Shown: positions 1-10,292 of the stretch, one piece after another
Numbering within the stretch: the first letter of the stretch is position 1
How the letters are laid out: each line of letters opens with the position of its first letter
From: a virus
Virus record (IMG/VR): IMGVR_UViG_3300021185_003494
Location: 256 to 64,255 of that record
Length of the DNA stretch: 64,000 bases
Direction: 5' to 3' (one strand)
The notes under the pieces: model-generated
The model's database searches: none
Seen by the model: only the letters and a program-made list of their open reading frames with translations
Told to the model about the DNA's origin: nothing
Made by a program: the position numbers and the translations under genes

Positions 1-1
1 T

Positions 2-904
2 CAGGGTCATGTAGAAGAAGCAGAGCAACTAAATGCATCAGACTACACATGTAAAGACTGTGGCGATACAATGCACAGCCCAACTACCGATTGTTCACAT
101 GATTGTGATGATGAAACAGGTGATTGGTGGAGAGACAAAGACGGTAACGGTGTTCCAGATTCAATGGAAGAGCGTTCAATGAAAGAAGATGATATGGAAG
201 AAGCAGTAGGCGATAGTGCTTCTGGTTTTTATAGAATGCAAGATGAATTTGCAGGTGGCGAAGCAGATGGCGCACACAAAGTTCTTATTGATGAGCTAGT
301 ACGTTACTTGAGCGGCGATCAACTTGAAGATTTTGTTTCTGATTTTGAAAGACACCATGATATGGTAGGCGACATGGAAGAAGCAGAAATTGATGAAGCA
401 GACATTGAAGAAAATGCGTTTAATCAAGCTGCTGCGGCAGCGGCTCGTGCAGGTAAAGATAGTTTTGAGTTTGGTGGTAAGACACACAAGACTACAATGA
501 AAAAAGATACTGCTCACAAACTAGATGATGATATCCAAATGGAAGCATGTGGTGATTGTGGATGCGATCCAAAAAATCCAAAACCAGGCTGTGATTGTCC
601 ATCACATAATCATAATGAAGATATTTCAGAAGCACCTACAATGGACACAACACAACTAATTACACTACTTAAAAATGCAGGACTTAGTGAAACAGCTATT
701 CAAGAAAAATTAAATGAATGGGCTAACACACCAGATAACATTGGAGAAGTAGAACCAAGAGAACACGGAGATGCATATGATTTTGCTCAGGGTGTAAATT
801 TAAGTCTAAAACGTTATTTAGATGCAGAAAACATGAAGGTAAATGTACAAGAGCATACAGTACAAGATATGAAGGCTCTTTACGAAGCTAAGAAGAATAG
901 CTAA
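2..904 (+). CDS. Acidic low-complexity protein, 5'-truncated (ORF open from window start); possible prohead core/internal protein
   Basis: Frame 2 is open from base 2 (QGHVEEAEQLNASDYTCKDCGDTMH...). It is very Asp/Glu rich, with two Cys clusters and a DKDGNGVPD motif, and lies next to terminase. Confidence 0.5.
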   Translation, partial: QGHVEEAEQLNASDYTCKDCGDTMHSPTTDCSHDCDDETGDWWRDKDGNGVPDSMEERSMKEDDMEEAVGDSASGFYRMQDEFAGGEADGAHKVLIDELVRYLSGDQLEDFVSDFERHHDMVGDMEEAEIDEADIEENAFNQAAAAAARAGKDSFEFGGKTHKTTMKKDTAHKLDDDIQMEACGDCGCDPKNPKPGCDCPSHNHNEDISEAPTMDTTQLITLLKNAGLSETAIQEKLNEWANTPDNIGEVEPREHGDAYDFAQGVNLSLKRYLDAENMKVNVQEHTVQDMKALYEAKKNS

Positions 905-921
905 AGGTTATAACAAAGTAG

Positions 922-953
922 AAAGGGTTAGATTAATTTCTAACCCTTTTTCT
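922..953 (+). terminator. Intrinsic terminator
   Basis: aaagggttaga/tctaacccttt 11-bp stem followed by a T-run. Confidence 0.8.
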
Positions 954-956
954 GTT

Positions 957-964
957 TATAAATA
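957..964 (+). promoter_or_regulatory. T4-type late promoter TATAAATA, 5 nt before the terminase ATG
   Basis: Exact T4 late consensus; no SD before ATG 970. Confidence 0.75.
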
Positions 965-969
965 CAATT

Positions 970-2532
970 ATGGCAGTAGATACAAGATTAACCAAAACTC
1001 CACATAAAACGGAGAAATACACAGAAGACCAACTAATGGAGTTGGCTAAATGTGCAAATGATCCTAAATATTTTATGACAGAGCATTGCTACATCCAACA
1101 TCCAACTAAAGGACGTATGCGTTTTGCTCTTTTTGACTACCAGAGAGATTTGGTAGATAATTATCACAATAATAGATTTAGTATAGCAATGCTTGCTAGA
1201 CAAATGGGCAAATCAACAGCAGCAGCAGGATACCTATTATGGTATGCAATGTTCCATGCTGACCAAACTATTCTTATTGCAGCACACAAGTATAGTGGTG
1301 CTCAAGAAATTATGCAACGTATACGATTTGCATATGAAACATTACCAGATTATATTCGTGCAGGTGTTACAGCATATAACAAAGGTAGTTTAGAATTTGA
1401 CAATGGTAGCCGTATTATTGCACAAGCAACTACTGAAAATACAGGACGTGGTTTGTCTATATCACTTGCTTACTTGGACGAGTTTGCATTTGTTAGAGGA
1501 ACGATAGCCAGAGAGTTCTGGACAGCATTAAGTCCAACACTTAGTACAGGTGGTAAATGTATTATTACTAGTACTCCAAATATGGACGACGACCAGTTTG
1601 CACAAATTTGGCGTGAAGCTAATAAGAATGTTGACGAATATGGAAATGAATCTGATATAGGAAAAAATGGATTTGCCCATTTCTTAGCCACATGGATACA
1701 GCACCCAGACAGAGATGAAGAATGGGCAGAAGAAGAACGTAATAAAATTGGAGAAGAACGATTTAGACGTGAACATAATTGTGAATTTATTGCGTTTGAC
1801 GAAACACTTATTGATAGTATAAAATTGGCTCAAATGGAATATCAAGATCCGTATGCTAAAATGGGCCAAGTGCGTTGGTATAGACCAGTTAAAAAAGATC
1901 ACATATACATGGTGGCATTAGATCCAAGTTTAGGTACAGGCGGAGATAATAGCGCAATACAAGTATATGAACTACCAGGAATGAGACAGATAGCAGAATG
2001 GCAGAATAATAGAACACGTGTTCAAGGACAGGTAAAAATTATTAAGCAAATATGTGACTACATTCATACAGAAACAAAAGGTAATTGTGAGCTTTATTAT
2101 AGTATTGAAAATAATACACTGGGGGAAGCAGCACTGGGTAGTGTTATGGAGCTGGGTGAAGAAAATATACCTGGCACATTTTTAAGTGAAAGTAAAGCAC
2201 ATGGAAATAGTAAAAAATTTCGTAGGGGTTTTACTACAACACATAAAAGTAAAATATCAGCATGTAGTAAATTAAAACATTGGATTGAAACAGACAAAAT
2301 GGGTATTGCCAGTCAAAATCTATTAAGAGAACTAAAAACATTTATTGCACGTGGTAATACTTATTCAGCCAAAGAGGGTGAGACAGACGATTTAGTAATG
2401 GCTAGTATTTTAGTAATTCGCATGTCGCAAGAACTAATAAATTATGAAGAAAAAGCATACGATTATTTGCTAAGTGAAGATGCATATGATGACGATGATT
2501 TCGTTCAACCTATGCCATTCAGTATGCTTTAA
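970..2532 (+). CDS. terL: Terminase large subunit (T4 gp17-like)
   Basis: LARQMGKST Walker A, LAYLDEFAF Walker B, ITSTPN, C-terminal nuclease VALDPSLG...DDLVMA. Confidence 0.95.
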   Translation: MAVDTRLTKTPHKTEKYTEDQLMELAKCANDPKYFMTEHCYIQHPTKGRMRFALFDYQRDLVDNYHNNRFSIAMLARQMGKSTAAAGYLLWYAMFHADQTILIAAHKYSGAQEIMQRIRFAYETLPDYIRAGVTAYNKGSLEFDNGSRIIAQATTENTGRGLSISLAYLDEFAFVRGTIAREFWTALSPTLSTGGKCIITSTPNMDDDQFAQIWREANKNVDEYGNESDIGKNGFAHFLATWIQHPDRDEEWAEEERNKIGEERFRREHNCEFIAFDETLIDSIKLAQMEYQDPYAKMGQVRWYRPVKKDHIYMVALDPSLGTGGDNSAIQVYELPGMRQIAEWQNNRTRVQGQVKIIKQICDYIHTETKGNCELYYSIENNTLGEAALGSVMELGEENIPGTFLSESKAHGNSKKFRRGFTTTHKSKISACSKLKHWIETDKMGIASQNLLRELKTFIARGNTYSAKEGETDDLVMASILVIRMSQELINYEEKAYDYLLSEDAYDDDDFVQPMPFSML

Positions 2533-2569
2533 AATATACTTTTTGGATAAATACTTTAAAGGATTTAAA

Positions 2570-3850
2570 ATGGAACAACTAGCTTCAGAAATTTTTAATA
2601 TATTAAAAGGTGCAAATATGGATATTGTACTGTATAACGATGCAGGACAGAAAACATTAGAACCTGCTGAAGCAACACGTTTTTATGTAATTAACGGAGA
2701 TTTATTAGTTACACTTCGAAATGACAATTCTGGACAGACAGAGACTGTAGTACAAATTGGCACAGATTTTAAATTGCAAGACAACAAAACGTTACTTAAC
2801 AATATTAAGTCAGTAACACATAATACAATGGGTGAATATAAATTGAGACGCTTTAACAAAAACATACAACCAAAAGACTTTTCACATCAGAGTGTGACTG
2901 AAGGATATAGCAGAGCATATGGTAGCTTGAAAACAAGTTATATTCAAATGGAAAACTGTAGATTAATCATCAAGCATACAAAAGGTGTGAATGAAGAAAT
3001 ACGTGGTTCTAGAAGTAGACATATACACTCATTGTTTGTAGAAGATGGACAAGGAAATCGCCAACAATTCCCACACAAATATATGGCAGGTGCAAAGGCA
3101 ATGGCTATGCACGTTAATAATGGTGGTGTATTTGAAGATGCAAAAGGTAATAAAATACTTGGAATTTGTGAGGAAATCACAGATTTAAATCAATTTTTAA
3201 ACCATGTAAAGAGAAATAAGCTAGTAAATGAAGGTAACCAGGATGTAGTTGAAACATGCAGAAGTCGTATGAAGAAACTTAAAGAAGATATACGTAAGTT
3301 ACATACAAAAGGTGGTTATGATAAACTGGCTGTAGAAGAAAAAACAGAAGAATTAGATGAAAATTCTGTTGACATTGCACAAAGATTCGTGTATGATACA
3401 TTTGAGAACAGAAACATGGATTCTGTACTTACAACAGTAGCACGTATCGTCAAGGAGAAAGAAACAATGGATCAAATTAATAAAGAAACATTGGCATCAC
3501 TATATGCAATGATTAAAGATGGAGCAGACTTTAAATTAAGTTTAGATCCAAACGATCCTTCGAATCCAAATAATGAGGATCCAAAGAAATATAGCGGCCA
3601 ACAAGGCCCTATGGCAAAGGTAAGCTCAATGTTATCTTACCTAGCACAAGAGACTAAGAATGATGAAGCAAGTAATGTGTTTAGTAGATTAAGTACTGCT
3701 ATTCATGATATGGATAAACAATCTATATCTCTTGTAGTTAAAGTCATCAATCATATTCTTAAAAAAGGTTACACTGGTGCTAAAAAAGAAGAATCAGTAC
3801 AACCTATCGCAGAAACAGTATTAACTGCTATGCGTAGAAAAATTTCCTAA
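2570..3850 (+). CDS. Conserved phage protein, probably virion/morphogenesis
   Basis: 426-aa ORF with GATAAATA late motif (2546-2553) and AGGA SD; start moved from 2474 to 2570. Confidence 0.5.
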   Translation: MEQLASEIFNILKGANMDIVLYNDAGQKTLEPAEATRFYVINGDLLVTLRNDNSGQTETVVQIGTDFKLQDNKTLLNNIKSVTHNTMGEYKLRRFNKNIQPKDFSHQSVTEGYSRAYGSLKTSYIQMENCRLIIKHTKGVNEEIRGSRSRHIHSLFVEDGQGNRQQFPHKYMAGAKAMAMHVNNGGVFEDAKGNKILGICEEITDLNQFLNHVKRNKLVNEGNQDVVETCRSRMKKLKEDIRKLHTKGGYDKLAVEEKTEELDENSVDIAQRFVYDTFENRNMDSVLTTVARIVKEKETMDQINKETLASLYAMIKDGADFKLSLDPNDPSNPNNEDPKKYSGQQGPMAKVSSMLSYLAQETKNDEASNVFSRLSTAIHDMDKQSISLVVKVINHILKKGYTGAKKEESVQPIAETVLTAMRRKIS

Positions 3851-3867
3851 GGAAATCAACTATTTGC

Positions 3868-3896
3868 TTGACAGTAAGCAATAAAAAACATATACT
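3868..3896 (+). promoter_or_regulatory. Sigma70-type promoter
   Basis: TTGACA-17-TATACT upstream of ssb. Confidence 0.8.
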
Positions 3897-3975
3897 GTAT
3901 AGGCAATTAAAGGCAAAAGCGCACAGATGTGTGCAACATACAATACTAATATAGGCTAATATAGGAGAAAACAAT

Positions 3976-5004
3976 ATGGCAACTTTAGCAGAAATCCGTG
4001 CGAAACTAGCACAACAAGAACAATCAACAAGTAGTAAATCTACAGGCGGCGGCGACAACGCAATCTTTGCACATTGGAACATTGATTCCGGATCAAGTGC
4101 AACACTAAGATTCCTTCCAGATGCAGATCAAGAAAATACTTTCTTTTGGAAAGAACGCCAAATGATGCGTTTTACATTTCCAGGTGTAAAAGGTCATGAC
4201 GAAAACAAACCTGTAACTATCCAGGTACCATGTGTAGAAATGTGGAATGAAACATGCCCAGTGCATGCAGAAATTCGTCCTTGGTTTAAAGATAATGCAA
4301 TGGAAGATATGGCACGTAAGTTTTGGAAAAAACGTAGTTATGTATTCCAAGGTTTTGTAACACAAAGCGATATGGTTGAGGATAGCGTTCCAGAAAATCC
4401 AATTCGACGTTTTGTAATCTCACCTCAAATTTATAAAATCATTAGTAGTGCATTAATGGATCCTGACTTCCAGGAGATTCCTACAGACTATGAAATGGGT
4501 ACTGACTTTAAAATTACCAAAGGTACTAAAGGACAGTATGCAGATTATGGTACTAGTAATTGGGCTCGTAGAGAACGATCATTGGATCAAACAGAGCGTG
4601 ATGCAATTGCAGCGAATGGATTATTTAATCTAAATGACTTCCTTCCAAAGCGTCCTGATGCAGAAACATTGAATGCAATTTTTGAGATGTTTGAAGCAAG
4701 TGTAGATGGTCAACTTTATGATCCAGAGCGTTTCGCTACATATTATCGTCCATATGGAATGGACGCACCTGCAAATACAGGCAATGTGGCACCTGCGCCA
4801 ACAGCAGCGACAGCACCTGCGCCAGTAGCAGAACCAGTAGCGGCACCAGTAGCAGAAACAACAACTGATACAGGCTGGCAAGATCCAAAACCAGAGGCAA
4901 CGCCTGCCCCTACACCAACTCCAGAACCTGCAACCGCAGGTGGTGATGAACAACCAAGCGCACAAGATATCTTGGCAATGATTCGTCAACGTAAAGAATC
5001 TTAA
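3976..5004 (+). CDS. ssDNA-binding protein (T4 gp32-like)
   Basis: LRFLP, CPV, KRSYVFQGFV, DFKITK motifs; Pro/Ala-rich linker and acidic tail; precedes uvsX. Confidence 0.9.
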   Translation: MATLAEIRAKLAQQEQSTSSKSTGGGDNAIFAHWNIDSGSSATLRFLPDADQENTFFWKERQMMRFTFPGVKGHDENKPVTIQVPCVEMWNETCPVHAEIRPWFKDNAMEDMARKFWKKRSYVFQGFVTQSDMVEDSVPENPIRRFVISPQIYKIISSALMDPDFQEIPTDYEMGTDFKITKGTKGQYADYGTSNWARRERSLDQTERDAIAANGLFNLNDFLPKRPDAETLNAIFEMFEASVDGQLYDPERFATYYRPYGMDAPANTGNVAPAPTAATAPAPVAEPVAAPVAETTTDTGWQDPKPEATPAPTPTPEPATAGGDEQPSAQDILAMIRQRKES

Positions 5005-5014
5005 AAAAACCTAT

Positions 5015-5043
5015 GGAGACGGTATAGAGCCGTCTCCTTTATT
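5015..5043 (+). terminator. Intrinsic terminator
   Basis: ggagacgg/ccgtctcc stem then tttatt. Confidence 0.75.
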
Positions 5044-5062
5044 AATTCTATTGGAGATATAA

Positions 5063-6154
5063 ATGGCAAAACCATTCGATGTAAGTAAATTCCGTAAAAG
5101 TATTACTAAAGCGGTGCCCGGACTATCTGTCGGGTTTAATGATCCAGATACATGGATTAGTACAGGTAATTATACATTAAACAAACTTATTAGTGGGGAC
5201 TTTAGTAAAGGAATTCCACTTGGTAAAGTAACAGTATTAGCTGGTGAATCTGGTGCAGGTAAAAGTTATATTGCAGCAGGTAACATCGTAAAAGCGGCAC
5301 AAGATCAAGGTATTTTTGTAGTTCTTATTGATACTGAAAACGCATTAGATGAAAAGTGGCTACATGCATTAGACGTTGATACTAGTGATGAGAAACTTTT
5401 AAAATTAAACATGAGTATGATCGATGATGTTGCTAAAACAGTTAGCGACTTTATGAAAGACTATAAAGCAGAATATGCAGATAAAGAAAAGGACGACCGT
5501 CCTAAAGTATTGTTTGTAATTGACTCGTTAGGCATGATGCTAACACCTACTGATGTTGATCAGTTTCAAAAGGGTGATATGAAAGGTGACTTAGGACGTA
5601 AGCCCAAAGCACTAACTGCACTTGTTCGTAATACTGTTAATATGTTTGGTGAATTTAATGTTGGTATGTTGTGTACAAACCACACATACGCATCACAGGA
5701 CATGTTTGATCCAGATGATAAAATCAGTGGCGGTCAAGGCTTTATCTATGCATCAAGTATTGTTATTGCTATGCGTAAACTTAAACTAAAAGTAGACGCA
5801 GATGGTAATAAAACATCACAAGTACATGGTATTAGAGCGGCGTGTAAGGTAATGAAAACACGTTATGCTAAACCTTTTGAAAGTGTACAAGTGGAGATCC
5901 CGTACGAAACAGGTATGAGTCCTTATAGCGGTTTGGTAGATTTCTTTGAAGCAAAAGCAGTACTTAAAAAAGTAGGAAACCGTCTAGAATATACTAGTAC
6001 AACTACTGGAGAAGTTATTTTACAATTCCGTAAAGCATGGGAACGTAATGATAGTAACTACTTAGATTTAGTTATGCAAGAGTGGGATAACGAAGTAGTA
6101 GATGCAATTGAAGAAGATATCATTGATGAAGAGGCAGAAGTAAATGTTGAATGA
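5063..6154 (+). CDS. uvsX: UvsX/RecA-like recombinase
   Basis: ISTGNYTLN, AGESGAGKS Walker A, VIDSLG, SGGQGFIYASS. Confidence 0.95.
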   Translation: MAKPFDVSKFRKSITKAVPGLSVGFNDPDTWISTGNYTLNKLISGDFSKGIPLGKVTVLAGESGAGKSYIAAGNIVKAAQDQGIFVVLIDTENALDEKWLHALDVDTSDEKLLKLNMSMIDDVAKTVSDFMKDYKAEYADKEKDDRPKVLFVIDSLGMMLTPTDVDQFQKGDMKGDLGRKPKALTALVRNTVNMFGEFNVGMLCTNHTYASQDMFDPDDKISGGQGFIYASSIVIAMRKLKLKVDADGNKTSQVHGIRAACKVMKTRYAKPFESVQVEIPYETGMSPYSGLVDFFEAKAVLKKVGNRLEYTSTTTGEVILQFRKAWERNDSNYLDLVMQEWDNEVVDAIEEDIIDEEAEVNVE

Positions 6155-6410
6155 TGGTGATTTAGAATTTGTATTTGCATTATACGATAGTGCAAAGGTT
6201 ATTATGGCTGAAAAAGATCGTCCTACTTGGGCTGAGGAAGTTGTTCGTCACTTAGTTGACTTTGGTATTGATGTAAAACAAAGTGCCCCTGATCTTAGTG
6301 ATCATTGTGAATTGATTGAAGCGGCAATTGCTGAGTACTTGGAAGTAGAAAACGAAGATATTGACCTGTATGGTGAATATAATGAAGATGACGAAGAATA
6401 TGAATACTAA
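6144..6410 (+). CDS. Hypothetical acidic protein
   Basis: Coupled ORF between uvsX and uvsY. Confidence 0.6.
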   Translation: MLNDGDLEFVFALYDSAKVIMAEKDRPTWAEEVVRHLVDFGIDVKQSAPDLSDHCELIEAAIAEYLEVENEDIDLYGEYNEDDEEYEY

Positions 6411-6868
6411 TGAGTATATGGTATAACAAAGTAGCACATAATTTGGGAGAGATAGTTTCGGCTGTCTCTCACTTTGAACGTGAGCTCGACCAAGCAAGAT
6501 TAGAAACTTCTATGAAAGGTGTTGTTGAAAAACATAGTCGAGATATGCCAGGTATTGTTGAACATCGTTTTAACCAATTACAAGAAGTAGAAGCAATATT
6601 AGAACATCTTAATACTGAAATGAGAAAGTTACGTAGTAAAACTTTTCGTAAGTATTTAGAAAATTATAATAGAGCGTTAAGTAGCAGAGATGCAGAAAAG
6701 TTCGTTGATGGAGAAGATGAAGTTGTTGATATGCAGTATCTCATTAACGAATTCAGTCTAGTGCGTAATAGATACATTGGTATAATTAAAGCATTAGAAG
6801 CAAAACAATTTCAAATAAACAATATTGTGAAATTAAGAGCCGCAGGATTAGAAGATATATCACTATAA
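6410..6868 (+). CDS. uvsY: UvsY-like recombination mediator
   Basis: Helical 152-aa protein with YLENYNRALSSRDAEKFVDG and KQFQINNIVKLR; follows uvsX. Confidence 0.75.
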   Translation: MSIWYNKVAHNLGEIVSAVSHFERELDQARLETSMKGVVEKHSRDMPGIVEHRFNQLQEVEAILEHLNTEMRKLRSKTFRKYLENYNRALSSRDAEKFVDGEDEVVDMQYLINEFSLVRNRYIGIIKALEAKQFQINNIVKLRAAGLEDISL

Positions 6869-6894
6869 AAATTAAATTATTTTACAAGTTATTG

Positions 6895-6925
6895 AAAACG
6901 CAGGAAACTTTTCTTGCGTTTTTTC
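6895..6925 (+). terminator. Intrinsic terminator
   Basis: aaaacgcaggaa/ttcttgcgtttt stem plus T-run. Confidence 0.7.
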
Positions 6926-6954
6926 TTGACACCAAGACGTTTTGGTGCTATATT
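6926..6954 (+). promoter_or_regulatory. Sigma70-type early promoter
   Basis: TTGACA-17-TATATT; caccaa/ttggtg inverted repeat in the spacer. Confidence 0.75.
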
Positions 6955-6987
6955 AAGTGTATAAGTTAAACAAAACAAGGTAATAAT

Positions 6988-7245
6988 ATGTCAACAGATT
7001 TACGCAACGTACCAAACTTAGATACAAAAACTGAATTAACGCAAACACGTTTTTGGGGTGGACAAGATCGCAAGCAATGTTTGCAGGTAACACAGCGTAA
7101 AGCACGTGGTTGGGAAGAGCCTACTACATCAAGTGGCTTTTTTAATCACATAGACTTAACTCGTGAACAAGCTCGTGAATTAGCAGTTGAATTGATGTTG
7201 TTTGCCGAAGGTCGTGAAGTTGAAGAATTTGAAGGAGATGTATAA
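6988..7245 (+). CDS. Hypothetical early protein
   Basis: First ORF after promoter; AAGG SD. Confidence 0.6.
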   Translation: MSTDLRNVPNLDTKTELTQTRFWGGQDRKQCLQVTQRKARGWEEPTTSSGFFNHIDLTREQARELAVELMLFAEGREVEEFEGDV

Positions 7246-7502
7246 TGCAGATTAAAGGTGCAATGACTGTTTTAAATCGTAGAGCTCAGTTTTATGGTAA
7301 AACACTTGACTGGCTAATTGATGCAATGGACCAGGGCATGGATGAAAACATGACTGTTACACAAGCATATGAAGTTTATAAAATGGATCAAGGATATGTT
7401 TGGTGTGGCATTAATGGTCACGGATTTACTACTCCTGAAAAGAACCGTGAAGAAACCAATGTTTATTTTGGTTATGGACATCAGCTAGAGTTGGACCTGT
7501 AA
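7245..7502 (+). CDS. Hypothetical protein
   Basis: TAATG-coupled ORF. Confidence 0.55.
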   Translation: MQIKGAMTVLNRRAQFYGKTLDWLIDAMDQGMDENMTVTQAYEVYKMDQGYVWCGINGHGFTTPEKNREETNVYFGYGHQLELDL

Positions 7503-8188
7503 TGTTTGATAATTATACAGTTTTAGATGCCCTTGCATTTGCTATAGAAATACACGAACAGCAAGGCTTTGTAAAAAGTGGCCACGGTACTGTACGTATA
7601 GCTGATGATGGTGAAACTGAAATACGCATCTTTGATAATAAGACATGTATTTTAGAAAAAATTAAATCAGAAAAAATCCCTGAATCAAAATATATGGACC
7701 AGGCAAAGGAAATGCTTGACCGTATCAATGGCAAACTCATGCTCAAAAAACTTACTAGTAGTTCAAATAGTTTTGAGAATTCTCTTATTAAGGCATTAAA
7801 TGAAGATTTAAACAAATTTGCTGTTAGTTTAATTGCAAGTATGCCTAATAGCATTGTGATTGATCAAAAACGTGAAATGTTAAATGACAAAATGTCTAAA
7901 ATTAAACACACAAGTCAGTATTTTGGTAAAAAAGGTACTCGTTATGATATTGATGTAGATGTTTTAGATGTAAAATATATACAGTCAAGTGATGTTTTTA
8001 TGATTACTACTGTTTATAATAAGGAAAACATTATCAAGTTTTGGTGGAGAGAACAGCCAGATATTAGTGACATAATAAATGAAAAAACAATTTCTATTCG
8101 TGGAACAGTTAAAGCTCATGAGCTAAGTAAATTTTCTGGTGCTAAAGAAACTTTGATTAATAGGGTTAAAATTACCAACACTAAATAG
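7502..8188 (+). CDS. Hypothetical protein with possible C-terminal OB-fold
   Basis: TAATG-coupled; C-terminal beta-rich ISIRGTVKAHE...ETLINRV. Confidence 0.55.
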   Translation: MFDNYTVLDALAFAIEIHEQQGFVKSGHGTVRIADDGETEIRIFDNKTCILEKIKSEKIPESKYMDQAKEMLDRINGKLMLKKLTSSSNSFENSLIKALNEDLNKFAVSLIASMPNSIVIDQKREMLNDKMSKIKHTSQYFGKKGTRYDIDVDVLDVKYIQSSDVFMITTVYNKENIIKFWWREQPDISDIINEKTISIRGTVKAHELSKFSGAKETLINRVKITNTK

Positions 8189-8192
8189 TTTT

Positions 8193-9263
8193 ATGAATGT
8201 ATGGAATAAACTCGATAAGATAGAAATAGAACTAAGCGGCGATTGTAATGCTGCTTGTCCTTTATGTCCTAGGACAGAGGCAAACTCTCCTTTGAGAGGT
8301 AACGGGAACCATACACTAGAAGATGTTAAAAGATCTTTTGGACATCTTGTGCCAAAATTTCAAGAAGTAGAATTTGAGATAGCATTATATGGATTGGGTG
8401 GAGATCCTATACTTAATCCAGAATGCTATGAAATTACAAAATGGTTTACTGAAAATGGCGCATATGTAGTTATTAGTACTAACGGTGGATATAACAATGC
8501 AGAGTGGTGGACAAAACTTGGACAACTTGATAACCTTACTGTAAAGTGGGCTATTGATGGTGCAGAAAAAACAAATCATCTATATAGAATTAATGTAGTG
8601 TGGGATATTGTAATTCGAAATTTGACAGCATTTACACAGGCAGGAGGAAAAGCATCTTGGGTGTTTATTCCTTTTGACCATAATATGGATGAGTTTGAAA
8701 CTGCAAAAAATATTGCAATTAGTTTGGGTGTAGATTTTGAATCTAAAACAAGTGGGCGCAATGCAGATCACGAGAGTAAAAATGAATCTGTACAGGTAAA
8801 CAAATTAAAGAAAAAAGAAAAACCACAAACTAGAAAATATAAGCAAAGTAAAACTATACCACATAGGGATATTAGCAAACTTCAAGAAATAAGAAAAAAT
8901 TTAGAAAATTTAGAAGATAATTTAGATTATGATGAAAAACTAATAAAAGATGCAGTAGATTCTATAGAATGTAAAGCACTTAATGTTCCTGAGTTATATG
9001 TAAGTGCAGATCAAAAATTATATCCTTGCTGTTTTCTTCATGACACTGAATCGTTTAAAAAGAAAAAATGGGATCCTAGTATGGAAGATGATTGGAACGA
9101 TCTAAAATTGCATAGTATGGATACTATATTACAAAAATCTCCCTTCACAGAATTAAAAGCAAGGATGCATCCAGATCATCCTAATTTTGTAAGAAGATGT
9201 TTGCATCAGTGCTCAGATAAAAATAGCCATCGTACAATAATTAAAAAAATATTTGAAAAATAA
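8193..9263 (+). CDS. Radical SAM protein with SPASM/twitch-like C-terminus
   Basis: CNAACPLC, GGDPILNP, ISTNGG, WAIDG, YPCCFL; ACTAAATA 5 nt upstream. Confidence 0.9.
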   Translation: MNVWNKLDKIEIELSGDCNAACPLCPRTEANSPLRGNGNHTLEDVKRSFGHLVPKFQEVEFEIALYGLGGDPILNPECYEITKWFTENGAYVVISTNGGYNNAEWWTKLGQLDNLTVKWAIDGAEKTNHLYRINVVWDIVIRNLTAFTQAGGKASWVFIPFDHNMDEFETAKNIAISLGVDFESKTSGRNADHESKNESVQVNKLKKKEKPQTRKYKQSKTIPHRDISKLQEIRKNLENLEDNLDYDEKLIKDAVDSIECKALNVPELYVSADQKLYPCCFLHDTESFKKKKWDPSMEDDWNDLKLHSMDTILQKSPFTELKARMHPDHPNFVRRCLHQCSDKNSHRTIIKKIFEK

Positions 9264-9368
9264 TTATAACCTATTGTTTTCTTTAGGTAAAGGTGTTCGC
9301 TTTTCTGTTGACAACCAATACGTCTTACTGTAATGTATAAGAGTAAGTTAAAACAAAAGGATAGATAT

Positions 9369-10229
9369 ATGCCGACAGCAATGCAATTGAAGAAAACTCG
9401 TGTAAAAAAAGCTACTAAAATTTTAGAAGTAGTAAATGATGCAGTTGATAATCCAAATGAAACAGATGAGCAAATTATCGAACGTATGCGTGAACGTTTT
9501 AGTATCCTAGATGATATGACACAAGCATCAATTGACGGTGTTGTACGTGGTATGGTTGTTACTGGCCCTCCAGGTGTAGGTAAATCGTTTGGTGTAGAAC
9601 AAGTACTAGAAAAGAATAGTTTGTTTGACAAACTAGCAGGTAACAAATTAAAGTTTGAGGTTATCAAAGGTGCCAGTTCTGCTATTGGTCTATACAAAGT
9701 ACTATATCAGAATGCAGATAAAAATAATGTGCTTGTACTAGACGATTGTGATACTGTACTATATGACGAAACATCACTTAACCTACTTAAAGCAGCACTT
9801 GACTCTAGCAAGAAGCGTAAATTGAGTTGGAATACAGATAGTGCATTGCTACGTCGAGAAGGTATCCCTGATACATTTGAATTTAAAGGTAGTGTTATTT
9901 TTATTACTAACCTTAAGTTTGACAAGGTGCGTGGTAAGATTAAAGATCACTTAGATGCTATCATGTCACGTTGTCACTATTTAGATCTTACAATGGATAC
10001 TACACGTGAGAAAGTATTACGTTGTAAGCAGATTGTTAAAGATGGTATGCTCAATGAGTATCAATTTACTAAAGATGAAGAAGCAGAGCTAATGAGCTTT
10101 ATGATTGATAATAAAGACAAGATGCGTGAGATTAGTTTACGTATGGTTACTAAACTTGCTGATCTTAAAAAGTCAATGGCAAGTAAGTGGAAACGAACTG
10201 CTGAAGTTACATGTATGCGGCGAGTGTAG
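9369..10229 (+). CDS. AAA+/P-loop ATPase
   Basis: VTGPPGVGKS Walker A, VLVLDDCD Walker B, FITN; promoter TTGACA-17-TAATGT at 9308-9336. Confidence 0.85.
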   Translation: MPTAMQLKKTRVKKATKILEVVNDAVDNPNETDEQIIERMRERFSILDDMTQASIDGVVRGMVVTGPPGVGKSFGVEQVLEKNSLFDKLAGNKLKFEVIKGASSAIGLYKVLYQNADKNNVLVLDDCDTVLYDETSLNLLKAALDSSKKRKLSWNTDSALLRREGIPDTFEFKGSVIFITNLKFDKVRGKIKDHLDAIMSRCHYLDLTMDTTREKVLRCKQIVKDGMLNEYQFTKDEEAELMSFMIDNKDKMREISLRMVTKLADLKKSMASKWKRTAEVTCMRRV

Positions 10230-10250
10230 TACGCACCACGTATACATCTT

Positions 10251-10279
10251 AGGCCCGCCTTAAAGGCGGGTCTTCCTTT
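10251..10279 (+). terminator. Intrinsic terminator
   Basis: aggcccgcc/ggcgggtct stem followed by T-rich tail. Confidence 0.7.
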
Positions 10280-10292
10280 ACTAAATAATATT

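Noticed and set aside
2474-2569. ORF-track 5' extensions (2474, 9333, 33647, 35283, 45907, 53374, 53552, 57271)
   Set aside because: They run through promoters, tRNAs or upstream genes; downstream starts have an SD or promoter support.
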